The notes beneath the pieces are model-generated. The model was given only the letters and a program-made list of their open reading frames with translations. It was not told the origin of the DNA and did no database searches. A program made the translations under genes and the position numbers. From Lama glama (Eukaryota): a DNA stretch of 64,000 bases. This document shows, piece by piece, positions 22,126 through 34,380 of the stretch (within the stretch, counting starts at the first letter, position 1; the number at the start of each line of letters is the position of its first letter). The stretch spans positions 22,010,001 to 22,074,000 of the forward strand of contig CM052843.1 of the NCBI GenBank assembly GCA_028534125.1, in the 5' to 3' direction.

Positions 22126-22379
22126 AGCTCTTTTGCTGTCCAAGTGTCTTCTTAAAATGTTAGAGTCTTGGACTGTGACAAGATTTTTCTATCTTTTGTC
22201 GGCAACACAATATAGTTTAAATTTTTTATTGTACTTCTCTGAGTATCCATGATACAGGATCACTGAAGAGTATTTCAGAAGTTTAGGAAATTCAAAAATC
22301 AAAATTAAAATATTAATATTCTGGTGTAGACTCTTTTCAGCCTTTCTTAAGGCATTTGTAAGTATCCCCGTGGTTATGC

Positions 22380-22860
22380 ACGGAGCACACCCGTGTGTTT
22401 GAGCAAGCACGCTGGATCGCGCTCTGTCGGCTGCTTTTTGTGTCCCACTGTCTCAGGAGCACTGTCCTGGGCGGGCAGACACTCGTCCGGCACCGCTTCC
22501 CCGTCGCACACACTTGCTTGTTCCCACATTTTGCTGTTACGAGTAATGCCCCAAATAAACTCTCTTTGTAGGTAAATCTCTCCACGTGCTCACTTACTGG
22601 GGGTAATTTTGCAAAAGTCAGAATGTCGGGTGAAAGGCCTGCATGATTTTGTGATTTCCAGCATATGTTAGCAGGCACCATCCAGGAGGGCCTGCCAGGC
22701 CCACGCGTGAGAAGTGCGGGTGCGCGACCTTCGAGCTCCTCTGCCAAGTCTGTGCACCGTGGGTGACCAGGATTTTAATTTATCATGTAAAGAATTCCGT
22801 ACTTTTATATACCTGTACCTAACCTTTTTATTGCAGGCTGAGTAAAAACGGACTTCCACG
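22380..22860 (-). mobile_element. Old L1ME-like remnant (antisense)
   Basis: ttgttcccacattttgctgttacgagtaatgcc...gcaaaagtcagaatgtcgggtgaaagg...cccacgcgtgagaagtgc resemble the reverse complement of the L1 ORF2 end/3' UTR. Confidence 0.6.
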
Positions 22861-25214
22861 TGAATAATCCTGTTTTATTACTTGACTATTTCTAAAACTA
22901 AAAAAGCCTTCCAAAAAGTCTAAATAATTTTGTTGAAACTGAAGATGCTGTCCGCCCTGGACGAAGAACCTGGGGCTTCCCATCCAGTGCAGGGCTCGCC
23001 CCCGACCCCGTTCCTCCCCGTGATCTGTCCCAGTCGCTCTGTTCTGCTCTTCTCATTTCACTGCTGGAGCAACTCACAAATGATCTCAACACTGAGACTT
23101 CGCTCAGCTTAACAGCGGGGCGTCCGAAGGCAGCAGGTCCCTTTGAGGATGCATCCATCCCGTCTTGCTCTGCACCTCCCTTCCCGGGCGCAGCCAGTCC
23201 CTGCCGTTGGGCCCCGGGGTCAGGACCGCAGGGGAGCAGCCAGCGTCTGGAGGGTTGAACAGAGCCTCCCCCAGCTGGCTCCTCAGAGCGTGGCGTCCCT
23301 CCTCCCGCACTCGGGGGGCCCTCCGGGCAGGCTGCGCGCCCTCACAAGCAGCATGGAAAGACTCTGTTTGGGAAACAAGTACTTTTTTTTTAACTGCAGG
23401 ATTTGAAAACCACCACTGAAAACTGGTAGTCCTGCATTCTTCACCTGCAAACATCTCTGGTGCAAGACTGCACTTGTAAGAAGCCGAGCCTGCAACTGCT
23501 TGTACCGTAAAATCACCCCGAGCATCCACAGGTCCCCGCTGGAGCTGAGCCACTGGTTACCAGCGTCCAGGCCAGTCCCTCTGCCCTCGCCGGGCCGGGC
23601 CGGAGGGCTCTGCCACGCGGCCACCACTGCCACGGCCTGGATCCACCGCGACCCCCCCACACCCCAACACGGTTGTGTCATTTTTAATGAGAGAGATTGT
23701 AGAGGGAATTCCAGTCAAATCTGCTTAAAACCCCAAAGACAGCCGTGTCGAGACGCCTGCTCTGAGCCGCCCCTCGGAGCGCCCGTCTGCCCGACGCGCC
23801 TCGTCAGCTACGTTCGCCTCCCCGCGGAACCGTCCCCGGTCCCCCACGGCCGCCGGGGCTGCGGGCCGGCTCTCGCCGGGTGTGGCCGAGACAGGGTGAG
23901 GACTCACGAGGAGCTGCCGCAGGAGCGACACAGTGAAACACACCTTCCCCCCAGACCCCGTTCACGACGACAGGCAGCTGACGGCTCCCAGCGCCCTGGT
24001 CCTGACGTGTGGCTTTCCGTGCCCCCCCCCGCCTCCCAACACACCGTCAGGAAAACACTCCTCCCCCGAGACTCACAGCCTCCCCGGCAGCCACCCCGCC
24101 CTGTTACGTGGCCCGGCCGGCCCCGCAGAGCGCCGCGCTGGAAGGCGTCAGGTGACTCCGTGCCCTCAGCCTGTGCCCCGTCCCCTGTCCCGTCTCCAGG
24201 GGCTCGGTGTGGACGGGGGACACAGCGGCTCAGAGCCCAGGGCAGTGAGCCGGCGACGGAGAGGTGCACCAGGTGGGCCGAGAATCTACCGGTTTCCTCT
24301 GCAAGTGGCTTTCTAAGCTGAATCACTGCCTCCCGCCAGGGCGGTGAGCCCAGGGCCGGCTACAAGATTACTTCAAACCACGTGATCGAGGCTTCCTTAA
24401 ATCCTTCAGGATCGGAACAGTCAGAGAGCAAAACAACCCCTGTGACCTCAACTGCACGGCGCAAGAAGTCCAGGGAGCGCTCCGTCCAGGTTTCACGTAA
24501 ACGCAGCTTCAGGCCCACGCACCCCAGGCTGCTCCATGGTTCACCCGCACGTGTGGAGGGGACCCCGGCTCCCTGCAGGGCTCTTCGCGTCTGAAACCCC
24601 TTGGAATTTTCTTTCTTTAGTTGTAGTTCCCAGTTTGCACGTAAAGGTGTCCGTGTTCAGTCCCAAGAGGAGCCTGGACACTAGGCTGGGGCCTCGCCTG
24701 GTCACGCGGCCGGACTGTGGCTCCGAGGCCAGCGCGTGAGGAGAGGTGGGGCCGCGGCCGGCTGTCGGGGGAGCAGAAGTCCTCCTGGGAAAGGAGAGGG
24801 CTGGACTCCTCCAACAGGGGACACGGAAGGAGCCTCTGGGCCATCCTGGGCAGCACCTGGAAGTCCTCCCCCTGGAGAAGCAGAAGGTGCCGAGGCAGGT
24901 GGCCACGCGGTCCAGCAGCAAACACAAGAGCTTGGTGACGACGTGCCTCTTGCCAGATGCCAGGACCCAGCCCGAGGACCTCAGCGAGTGGAGGCGGGTT
25001 TGCGGCCAGGCCCCGACCACATCCCCCGACCTCATCCCTGACCTCACCAGTCACTGGACTTTGAAAGTCTGACGTAAATGAAACATGGTTTGTAGACCGG
25101 GGGGGGGGTTGGGGGGCTGTAGTTACAACAAGACCGCAGGATCCGGGCGGCTCCAGGCAAAGTCGGACCTGGGGCCACCCTATTCACACGCTATAAATTA
25201 CTCCAGAAGTGACA

Positions 25215-25320
25215 CCGCATGTAAAATGGGGAAATGCCTGCTCTCTACCCCATCACATGGGGTTTTTGGAACAACAGAATGAGATAAGCCTGAGACAGCA
25301 TCTTGTAAACTGTGAAGTAT
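25215..25320. mobile_element. MIR/MIR3 remnant
   Basis: tgtaaaatgggga...atcacatggggttttt...aatgagataa...ttgtaaactgtgaagt. Confidence 0.65.
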
Positions 25321-26426
25321 GATAAAAACCTGGAGGTGAAAGAGGTTTGCCTCCGACATCAGTGTCCCAGGGCCTCCTGAGTTCTCACGAGGAGCTTGTC
25401 GGTGACGAGGAAGATCGTGGCAACCAGGACTCGAAGAAATGGCCCTGGGCCCTCGCTCGTGACCAAACGTGGGCTTTGCTGAAGCCAAAGGGAGCTGAGG
25501 GATGTCTCTGGAAACAGCCTTAACAACCTGATGTATTTGCAGGCAGGACTCCCCTGAAACCAGGGCAAAACCCCGAGGGGAATTTTCACGAGTGTTGTTC
25601 TCTCAGAGTCAGTTTTTGTGACATCTCCCCCCATTAACACACACGCGCACACACACGCACTGCCCTCATCACAGACTCACAGGCGGACGCGTGCTAGTTC
25701 GTTCCCTTTAAGAGGCACACTCGAGTTCCTTGAATTTCCCTCTCGCCCAGCAAGACACCACTAATTCTGAAGCAGTCGGCACCGTCCTGCGCTCCCCACC
25801 AGCCGACCACGCTCGAGGCTCCGCGCGTTTGCTGCGCTGGCTGCGAGGTACTGGAGTGTTACCGAGAAGTTAGCGGGAAGCAGGGTCGCGGTGAAAGCAC
25901 CAAAGCCTACAAGCGGCTGGGCAAACACGGACTTGCCTGCAAGTTCTGTGAGGGTCAGCCGGCCAAATGCGGACCTTGGCCGCCTTGCTGTGCTCTTAAA
26001 TTGGATCATGTAAATTTGACCAAGTGCAAAGCAGGCCCCTTGTCTCTTTGAATTTCTAAATATGACTGGGTGCTGATTGTGACTCATGTAAACGCAGGAA
26101 AGAACACAGTGGCCCTAGGAATTAGGGTCAGTCGTCGCCTGGGAGGTGGGTGCACCTCCTGCTTGTCCAGGACCCTGAAACCTGTCCTGTTTGGGTCTGC
26201 ACACAACGGGTGGCCCCCACGTCCAGTGTCTGCAGACAGAAGTCACACTGTCCCGCCTGCAGGGAGCACACAGGCCAGGAAACTGGAGTCGCCGTGGTCT
26301 CGGGAAGAAGGAGGGGGAGGAGATGGAGGGAGAGGGAGGGGGTCCACTGAGTCAGGGGCACGGTTTTCAGCGCATGAGATGTTTAAGAAAACAGAGATAA
26401 GACTGAGTGTTAAGGGGGTGGGGGTT

Positions 26427-27085
26427 GCCCCTCTCCCTTCCCATCGCTGTAGGAAACCCTCGGGCAGAGTCCCGGCCTGGCTGCGGGGGGCAGACGCGCG
26501 CGGGCAGGGCAGGATGTGGAGCAGGCCGGGGCCTGCACGCCCGGCACCAGGTATGTGGCCCAGAGGAAGGCGCGCCCACGGCAGGTGCAGCGCAGCCAGT
26601 GCCCGCGGCCCCGGGGGAGGACCTGCAGGTGCAGTCGGGACATGTCCCGAGTCTGCAGGGCCACGCGTCTCTCTGAATAGCTGGGCGGCTGCCCTGTGCG
26701 CCCGCAGGAGCACAGCCGGGGGAGGGGGGAGGCAGAGGGTGGGTGCACTTTGGTGGGGCCCACGGTTCTGGCGGCTTCGCTGGCGCAGGCGGCATCCCCC
26801 CGGGGTGGGGTGCGGCAAGGGAGGCTGAGCCGTGCAGGGAGGGGAGGGGTGGTGGGCCCGGGCTCCGGCTCCCCCCTCCAGAGGCCGAGCTGGACATGGA
26901 GTCCGTGGCCCCTGCTCAGCCCTGGCCTCCCAGCCTTCACACTGGCGTCCTCTTCCATCCACCTTCGTCCCTCCCGGGACACGGTGGCTCCCCGAGCATC
27001 CCAGAGCCTCCAGCTGCATCTGGGTCCTGTTGGCTCATCCAGGGGCCGACAGGGGTCCAGGCCCACACCAGGCCCAGGGATCTTT
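26427..27085 (+). repeat. ~660-bp local duplication, copy 1
   Basis: Aligns end to end with 30797-31456; both contain tcgctgtaggaaaccctcgggcagagtcccggcctgg and end in ggcccagggatcttt. Confidence 0.95.
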
Positions 27086-28552
27086 GCTGAAGGACTGCTC
27101 AGCCCGTCTCGTGACCTACAGTCAGAGGCAGGTTCGCAAATAAGCAGCTGAGGCATTCAGCTGGAAACAGGAGGAGGGACTGGAGCCAGGTGACGTCTTC
27201 AAGCCCCCACACTTGGTCAAGGAGGCGCCCAGCCCTCTGGGCAGGGCTGTTAGATTGCGGAGAACGGGACGTGGGCAAGACAAGGGTGTTTCACGCTGTC
27301 GGAACCCCCCCCCCCAGGTGACAGTCGGCGCTGTGAGGGGAGGGCTCGCTGCAGGGCTGCAGGCAGGGCCAGGGAGGGAGGGAGGCTCCCGGCAGAAGTC
27401 AGTCGGGACAGGCTGGCCCGGCCTCCGAGCCCCGGAGCAGCACCGTTCAGGGCCCCAGGGTGCTGCGTCCACTGGGTGGGAGGAGGCCCGAGAGAGGGGC
27501 CTGGGCGGGGGTGGGGGGCGGGTGGGCACACCGAGCTCGTCACGGCCGACACCCTGGCCCCAGGAGCCGCGTGCGGGGGAGGCTCTTGGGTCTCTCCTCT
27601 GACGCCCGGCAGGCGAGTAGCACCTGGGCAGGTGGGCAGGGGGCCTGCATGGGGGCCAGGGTGACGGGCTCCCTCCCTCCTCGCAGGTCCTAAATTCTCA
27701 GGACCCCAGTACCTGGGGCAGCGGCTCCAACCACCTGAGCCCTGTCGGGACCTGCTGCTGCCTGAGGTGGGATGTCAGGTGACCTCGTCCCTCCAGGAGC
27801 CGTGCAGTTGTAGAGACGTGGATACGGACAATTCTGGAGCCCCAGGGGGGTGGGGGGCAGGCGCACCACAGCCCCCACCAGATGGGGCTGCCACCCCTGA
27901 GCTGCCGCGGCCCCAAGCCCCTGCTGTGCCCCCCCAGAGCTCCTGGCTGCCTCCCCAGGGTCTGCCAACGCCCTCTGGTCAGGCAGGAGCCCCTCTGCGT
28001 GCACAGCACTAGGGGGCTGCAGGGGGCGAGGTCCCCAAGACCCTGCCCACAGGGCTGGGGACTGAGCACACAGGGGTGGCAGATGGACACCCGTGGAGGG
28101 CACAGGGCACGTGCTGACCTGGCCAGGCCGGCCCCAGACTCAGCAGCGCAGACGGTTTCCACTGAGGTTTCGTGCGACCTCGGGGATGTGGCCCCCCAGG
28201 AGGTGCAGTGAGGTGGCGCTACTGGGCACCCCTCAACAGGCAGACCCCACGCTGCAGCGGCCCCTCCAGGGATGGGCGTCCCGCGGGGTCCCCGGACGAG
28301 CCATGCGGAGGGGACAGGAGGGAAACACCTTCCTGACAAAAGTCACGCTGTCGGACGGTGACACGCTCTCCTCCCTGGACGCCGGCTCTGGACACGGGGA
28401 GTCACCCTGTGGCTGAGCCCCGCTCCCTCCTCAGGATCTGTGTTCCGGGGCCACAGGTGACGTCCAGGGACGTCCTGCCCCTGCCCTCGACCTCCGACTT
28501 CGTCACTGCTGTGCGGGAGAGCGCTTGTCTCTGGTCCCGAATTAAACTGCGG

Positions 28553-28832
28553 TTGTGTGTGTGTATGTGTGTGTGTGTGCATATCGTGTATGTGTGTGTT
28601 TGTGTGCTTGTGTGTGTATGTACATAAGTGTATATGCTGTGTATGTGTATGTGTGCCTATGTGTGTGACTATGTGTGTTTGTGTATGAGTGTATATGTGT
28701 GCATGTATGTTTCCATGTGTATATGTGTGTATTTGTGTCTGTGTCCACTGTGTCTGTGTATGTACATGTGCACATGTGTGTGTAAACATATGCATGTAGG
28801 CATGTCTGTTACACACACACACGTGTGCACAT
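28553..28832. repeat. Degenerate (TG/TA)n tract ending in a short (CA)n
   Basis: About 280 bp of largely alternating purine-pyrimidine sequence; lies between the two duplication copies. Confidence 0.92.
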
Positions 28833-30796
28833 AGAAACTTACACTCACACCAGCTGTGCTTTCTCCCTCTGACCTTGGCGGCCTTGTCCTTGGCCCGGGC
28901 GACCCCTTCTGCCTGGGGACAGGCCGTCTCTCACTGTCCCCTCGCAGGAGAGGGGTGGGGCTGGGCTGTGAAGGGGAGCAGAGCTCAGCTGGGGCTCTAG
29001 GACACACGCAGCCGGATTGCGGGCCCAAGGATGTCGGGCAGAAGCGGCTCTGCTCTGGTGGGCGGAGGTGCCACCTCTGGTGGACGTGAGGGGGAAACTG
29101 AGCATGGGCCCCGGGAGCAGGGAGGGGCCCCTGCACCCCGTCCCCGGGCACAGGCTTCATGAGCCCGGGGGCAGGTGGTGACGCGCTCAGGTGTGGACTC
29201 CCCCACCCCCGCCGGTGACACAGGAGTGACAGGAAGCCGGTGCGGGCAAGCGCAGATGGGCTCTGGGGTGGAGCATCCCTGTACCAGCCCGGGGCCGTCC
29301 AGGCCCAGCCGAGACCAGAGTGTCCCCCAGGAGCCAAGCCCCCCGCCTGCCTGGAGGGAGAGTCGGAGGCCCATAGGGCCGGGAGCGTCGGCTGAGGACA
29401 CATAGCCCTGGAGCGGCCACGCTGGACGGAGCCCTGCCACAGCCATGCCGAGGCCTGGGGAGCTCCGCTCTCGCGCTGGACACCAGCCGAGCTCGGCGGG
29501 GATCAGCAACACCACACAGTCTGTGAACAAAGTCACAGGTTTGACCAGAAGGAGTGAAAACTGAGGTTTGGTTCGGTGGCGTGGAGTCTTGGAAGAACAG
29601 TGACAAAAAGAACAGGCAGGACCTTCCCCAGGCGTTAGCCTCACCTCACCCACAGCTACGGACGCTTTTTAAAGGAAGCGGTCCTCACTGCGGGAGAGAG
29701 GGTTTGTCAAGACCCAGCAAGGAAGGTCTGACAGACGGCCGCCCTGGGGGTGTGGGGCGAGGCGCTCTGCCCACACGTGCAGCCACAGACGTGGACACCT
29801 GCGTGGAGACGCCCCAGTGGTCCCCCGCCCCTACGTCCCCACACCGGCCGCGCCTGTGGGAGCCAGGCAGCCCCAGTAACGTGCAGCTGGCTGTGCCTTC
29901 CTGGCACGGTTTAACCCCTCCGAGCACACTCCTCCCCCAGGACACACGGCCTCCTGTCTGCCTCCGCCGCCTCCTGCCCAGCCAGCCCACGCTGCCCCGT
30001 CAGGTGGTCCAGCCACACACACACTCGCGAGTGGAATACGGGCCCTCTGTCCCGCCACATCCCCGACGGCCCCAGTGGCGAATCCCCTGACAGGGTCCAG
30101 CGTCCCACCGTCCCACACAAAACAGAGTCTGAAGGAAATGCAGATGCCTACAAGAAAAAATTCCAATAAAGCAAGAAGCAAGATTGCAGCCTCCCGCTGG
30201 CGGAGCAGCTCTGAGCATGTGAGGCCCTGCAGCGGTGGCCTGTGCTCCGTCACTCACAGGATGCCTTCCCGATGCTCCATGACTGAGTGACAGCTCACAG
30301 AAGCAGCTGACGGAAACCGGGAAGTCAGATACAGGCCAGCGAGGCAGACAGTGGGCGGAGCTCAGAGCAGGTTCGGGGGGCCCGGGTGGGGAGAGGGCCT
30401 GCACCCCTTGTCCCCGCACACTGCTCCCACCGTCTACGCCGCTTCTCTCACCTCCTCCTGGTCGCTCTGAGCAAATCCACCCCTGTCTCTTAGAGCTTGA
30501 AAAAACTGCTAAAATGTTCGAAGTCCTGTAGCAAACAGAACTTGGTTTTACAAAAAGCTTATGTGCTGGTTCCGATGGGAAAGGACAGCTGGCCATCTCC
30601 TCTGAAGAGTCATCTAACCTCAGAAAACCCCGCTTCCCTGATGAGCATCTCCCCTTCCAAGCTCGCTGGTGCACCCGCATTTGACCCCACGACTGTTTCT
30701 TGAGAAACCATAATAAGCAAAAGGGTTGACAAGCGACAGCCAGGTGAAGGCGAGGTCCGAGGGGGGCTGAGCAGGAGGGACAGGCAGCAGGTGGGC

Positions 30797-31456
30797 GCCC
30801 CTCTGTCTTCCTGTCGCTGTAGGAAACCCTCGGGCAGAGTCCCGGCCTGGCTGCGGGGGGCAGACGCGCGCGGGCAGGGCAGGATGTGGAGCAGGCCGGG
30901 GCCTGCACGCCCGGCACCAGGTATGTGGCCCAGAGGAAGGCGCGCCCATGGCAGGTGCAGCGCAGCCAGTGCCCGCGGCCCCGGGGGAGGATCTGCAGGT
31001 GCAGTCGGGACATGTCCCGAGTCTGCAGGGCCACGCGTCTCTCTGAATAGCTGGGCGGCTGCCCTGTGCACCCGCAGGAGCACAGCCAGGGGAGGGGGAG
31101 GCAGAGGGTGGGTGCAATTTGGTGGGGCCCACGGTTCTGGCGGCTTCGCTGGCGCAGGCAGCAGCCCCTGAGGTGGGGTACAGTGGGAAGGCTGAGCCGT
31201 GCAGAGAGGGGAGGGGAGGGGTGGTTGGCCTGGGCCCCGGCTCCCCTCTCCAGAGGCCAAGCTGGACATGGAGTCCGTGGCCCCAACTCAGCCCTGGCCT
31301 CCTGGCCTCCAACTGGCGTCCTCTTCCGTCCACCTTTGTCCCTCCCTCGGCACGGTGGCTCCCCGAGCATCCCGGAGCCTCCAGCTGCCTCCAGGTCCTG
31401 TTGGCTCATCCAGGGGCTGACAGGGGTCCAGGGCCACACTGGGCCCAGGGATCTTT
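30797..31456 (+). repeat. ~660-bp local duplication, copy 2 (direct orientation, offset ~4370 bp)
   Basis: See copy 1; the ORF track also shows the shared peptide RCRKPSGRVPAWLRGADARGQGRMWSRPG in both copies. Confidence 0.95.
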
Positions 31457-31574
31457 AGGGAGGACGGGGCTTGGGAGAGCTGTGTGGCCGGCTGGCCAGC
31501 CCCATCACCCAGCTGCTGCTCTGCTTTTAAGTTTTCTGTTTATGTGTTCAATGTTCTCCTTGCAAATCCATGGA

Positions 31575-31660
31575 CCACAGATCCCGCCTGCCTTACTCAG
31601 CCTCGTCCTCTCCGGCCTGCACTTCATAAATACTTGCTGAATGAGTCAATGGCTGAACCC
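31575..31660 (+). mobile_element. Possible L2 3' tail
   Basis: cttcataaatacttgctgaatgagtcaatg resembles the L2 terminus ctcaataaatatttgttgaatgaatgaatg. Confidence 0.45.
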
Positions 31661-34219
31661 AGGCTGTGCTGCTGGAAACCCTCTTCCAGTGCGAGTCTGT
31701 GTGCTCAGGCTAAAGCTGGTTCCTGAGAGAGCGGGCGGGCCCCCACCACGTGCTCAGCAGCAGAAGCTGAGGGTCTGGGTCAGCTCTCCAGGGTCCCGGG
31801 CAGCCCACCAGCCTACAATGTGCTGCCCACGATCGGGGGCAGGGGTCCGTGTCTTCATCCCACCCAGCATTTCTCGGCGTCAGTGGTGACCTGTTCCTTC
31901 TGGTCACCAAACAAAACTGGAAATGGCCCCTCAGAGACAAGAAGCAGGTACCCGGGGACACTGCGTGCCGGGGAAGGGTGCAGGATGAGTATGTCTCTGC
32001 CCCGAGAAGACGAGCTGATTCAGTGCGTTTACTTGAAGCCCACAGTGTAAGCTCATTACTGGGCAATATCTCCAAAATGGAACAAAAATAAATAGACTCC
32101 AGTCGGAGTGCAGAGTAAGTCTGGTTTGAGTTAAACAAAGATTATTCGGCCGAAAAGGCTGCACAAACTGCGATAATCTGGTAAGAAACCAACACTGAGG
32201 TGAGACTTAAAAATTGAACGTCAGGTGTTTTCCGATTCCTCAGATGAGACCTAGAGGTCGGTGACCGCAGGGCTCTGCCCAGACGGTGACCCGAGCCATC
32301 TGCAGGCCCCGGGCAGAGTTTTAACTCTGAGGGCTTCAGAACTCACAGGTTTTTAGCACACTGCTGGCCGCAAAATCTCAGCTTTTAAATGCAGTGAACG
32401 TGCAGCTCAACAAGGTGAGAAATTAAATGGTACAAGTTACACCGTCCAAGAAAAGGCTTCCTTTCGAAGCAGGTATCTGTCATGCTCTTAGAAATGGGCC
32501 ACGTCTGTGCTAGCGAGAAGGTTCTGGCCATCCGCTGCTTCTGAAAGGCTGCGGGGCTCCGACCAGCGTCCAGTCTCCCTTCTCGCCAGCTCTCGCCTCC
32601 ACCCGAGCCCTGCCCAGGACTCCGCTCAGCTTTGCGGTCCTTGAGCCAGCCGAGGTCACCAGGGCGGGACCGTGACTCACCTCTGGGCCTCGCCTGGAGG
32701 GCGACAATCCCCATCAGCGTGACGGCTGCGGGAAGCGTTTTCTCAGACTCGTGGGCTGCAGGGTCTCTCACCCCTAGACGCCCCAGGGTAAGTTTCCGCC
32801 CTAGAGTTCCCAAAGATGGTCCTTCCACACCCACCTCGCCGCCCTGATGTCACCTCCTCGGCAAGAGGCCGCCCACAGACCTGGCCGCCACGGGACACCC
32901 CCACCTCCAGAATCTCGGTCCCGACTGCTTGAACTCTGAGCACGGCCGCCTCCGTTTCTGCCCCTCAGCCCTCACTCCCTCCTCCGCGCCGCTCAGGCCT
33001 GCATCCCTCCTTTTCTCCCAAATTATCAGCCTGCCTTGACTCGCGGTCTTCTCTCCTCCTCAAGCTGCGGGCCCTCTTCTTGTCTGGGTTGCTCCTGTCC
33101 CCACTCCTCACACCCCAGACTCGCTTCTCCCTGGTGTCTCGGGGACCTCTCTGCCGGTCCCCAGGGGAGGACGTGGGCACACCCTCCCGTCGCCTCATCA
33201 CTGTCCTCGGCCCGTTTCAGCGCGAGTCCCCGCCAGATGTGTCTACAGAGTCGAGCTCCCCAAGGGGCCCAGGCCAGTGAGTGACCGTCAGCTCATCTCT
33301 TACATTGTGTGAAGCTTCTAGAAGCAGCCGGGGCAGCGTCTGAAAAGCCAAGGGGCCTGCGGGACAGAAAGGTGCCTGCACCCTCGGGTAGTCAGAGCAG
33401 CCCCGAGGGTCGCTAAGATCGAAAGAAAACCAGGCCCACTTGGGTCCTTCTCTACAGGCTAGAAACTGCAAGTGGGGGCCAGTCTCTTCTCCACCCGCCT
33501 CCACCCACTTCCAGCCACAGGCAGCGTGGCCCCCGCTCCTCGAAGACTTCCGTCCGCCTCAGGTTGATCTGGCTTGCCCCGCAGTGACTGTCACCACACG
33601 TGCCTGTCACAGGCTCTGCCGGGCGCACAGCACACGGCCAAGCAACAGGGTGTCCCGGGCGCCTCCCAGGTGGGATTCACGTCAGCGCCCAGTGACCCGT
33701 CCTCTGAGTCCATCCACCTTTCTGAGTTGACCAAGAGACTAGCCACCCTCGAAGGTGGACATCGAACACGATTTCCACTGCACGTCCCCCACCCTCGACT
33801 CCCACAAACACCAAAACTGAACACAAGGGCGGCCGCAGGAGTTTGCTTCTCACCCTTTGAATCCACGATGCCATCTCTGTCTGACCACCAATTCGCAGGA
33901 TTGCAGATTGAAGGGACTTGAGGGGTCGGGGCTCATGCTGCCCCAGACGTGCTCGGACTCCGGCCCCGACACGCACGCGCCGTGCAGGGCACGGGGGATC
34001 CGCGGTGCAGGTGCAGAGAGCTCACTGGCCCCTCATCTGAGGAGTCTGAACCCAAGTCACTGGGCTGCCCCTCCTCAGGGCTCTCCCACCACGTGGACAC
34101 AAAACCCACTTCCCAAAAGTGTCCACCGAGGGGCCACCAACTGAGAGCCAAACGGCCAGCAGGGCTGGTTCTGCGGCGTCTGTGCCCGACCCCAGGCACC
34201 GTGGAACTGTTATGACATG

Positions 34220-34380
34220 TGTGGCACTGCCATACTTTGCAAATCACTTTATATCTGTGTCTTCATTTGATCTTTACAACCAGCCCAGAGGTGGTGACTA
34301 ATGGTGAGCAGACTGAGGCACAGAGAGGTCGGAGCTCAGCCCGGAGTCCGCGCGGGCGGTGGCTGAGGACAAGATCACAG
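34220..34380. mobile_element. MIR remnant (opposite orientation to the copy at 3919)
   Basis: tttgcaaatcactttatatc...tcatttgatctttacaaccagccc...gactgaggcacagagagg. Confidence 0.7.

Noticed and set aside
26638-26647. p53-family site GGACATGTCC in both duplicate copies
   Set aside because: Only a single half-site, with no adjacent second decamer.
27870-28020. CTCF-like motifs (CCACCAGATGGGG, GCACTAGGGGGCTGC, reverse TGACCAGAGGGCG)
   Set aside because: Each has core mismatches, and such matches are frequent by chance at this GC content; not supportable without a PWM scan or ChIP data.
26427-31456. LTR retroelement interpretation of the 660-bp direct repeats
   Set aside because: No TG...CA termini, TSD, primer-binding site or gag/pol remnants are visible, and the interior contains ordinary sequence and a microsatellite.
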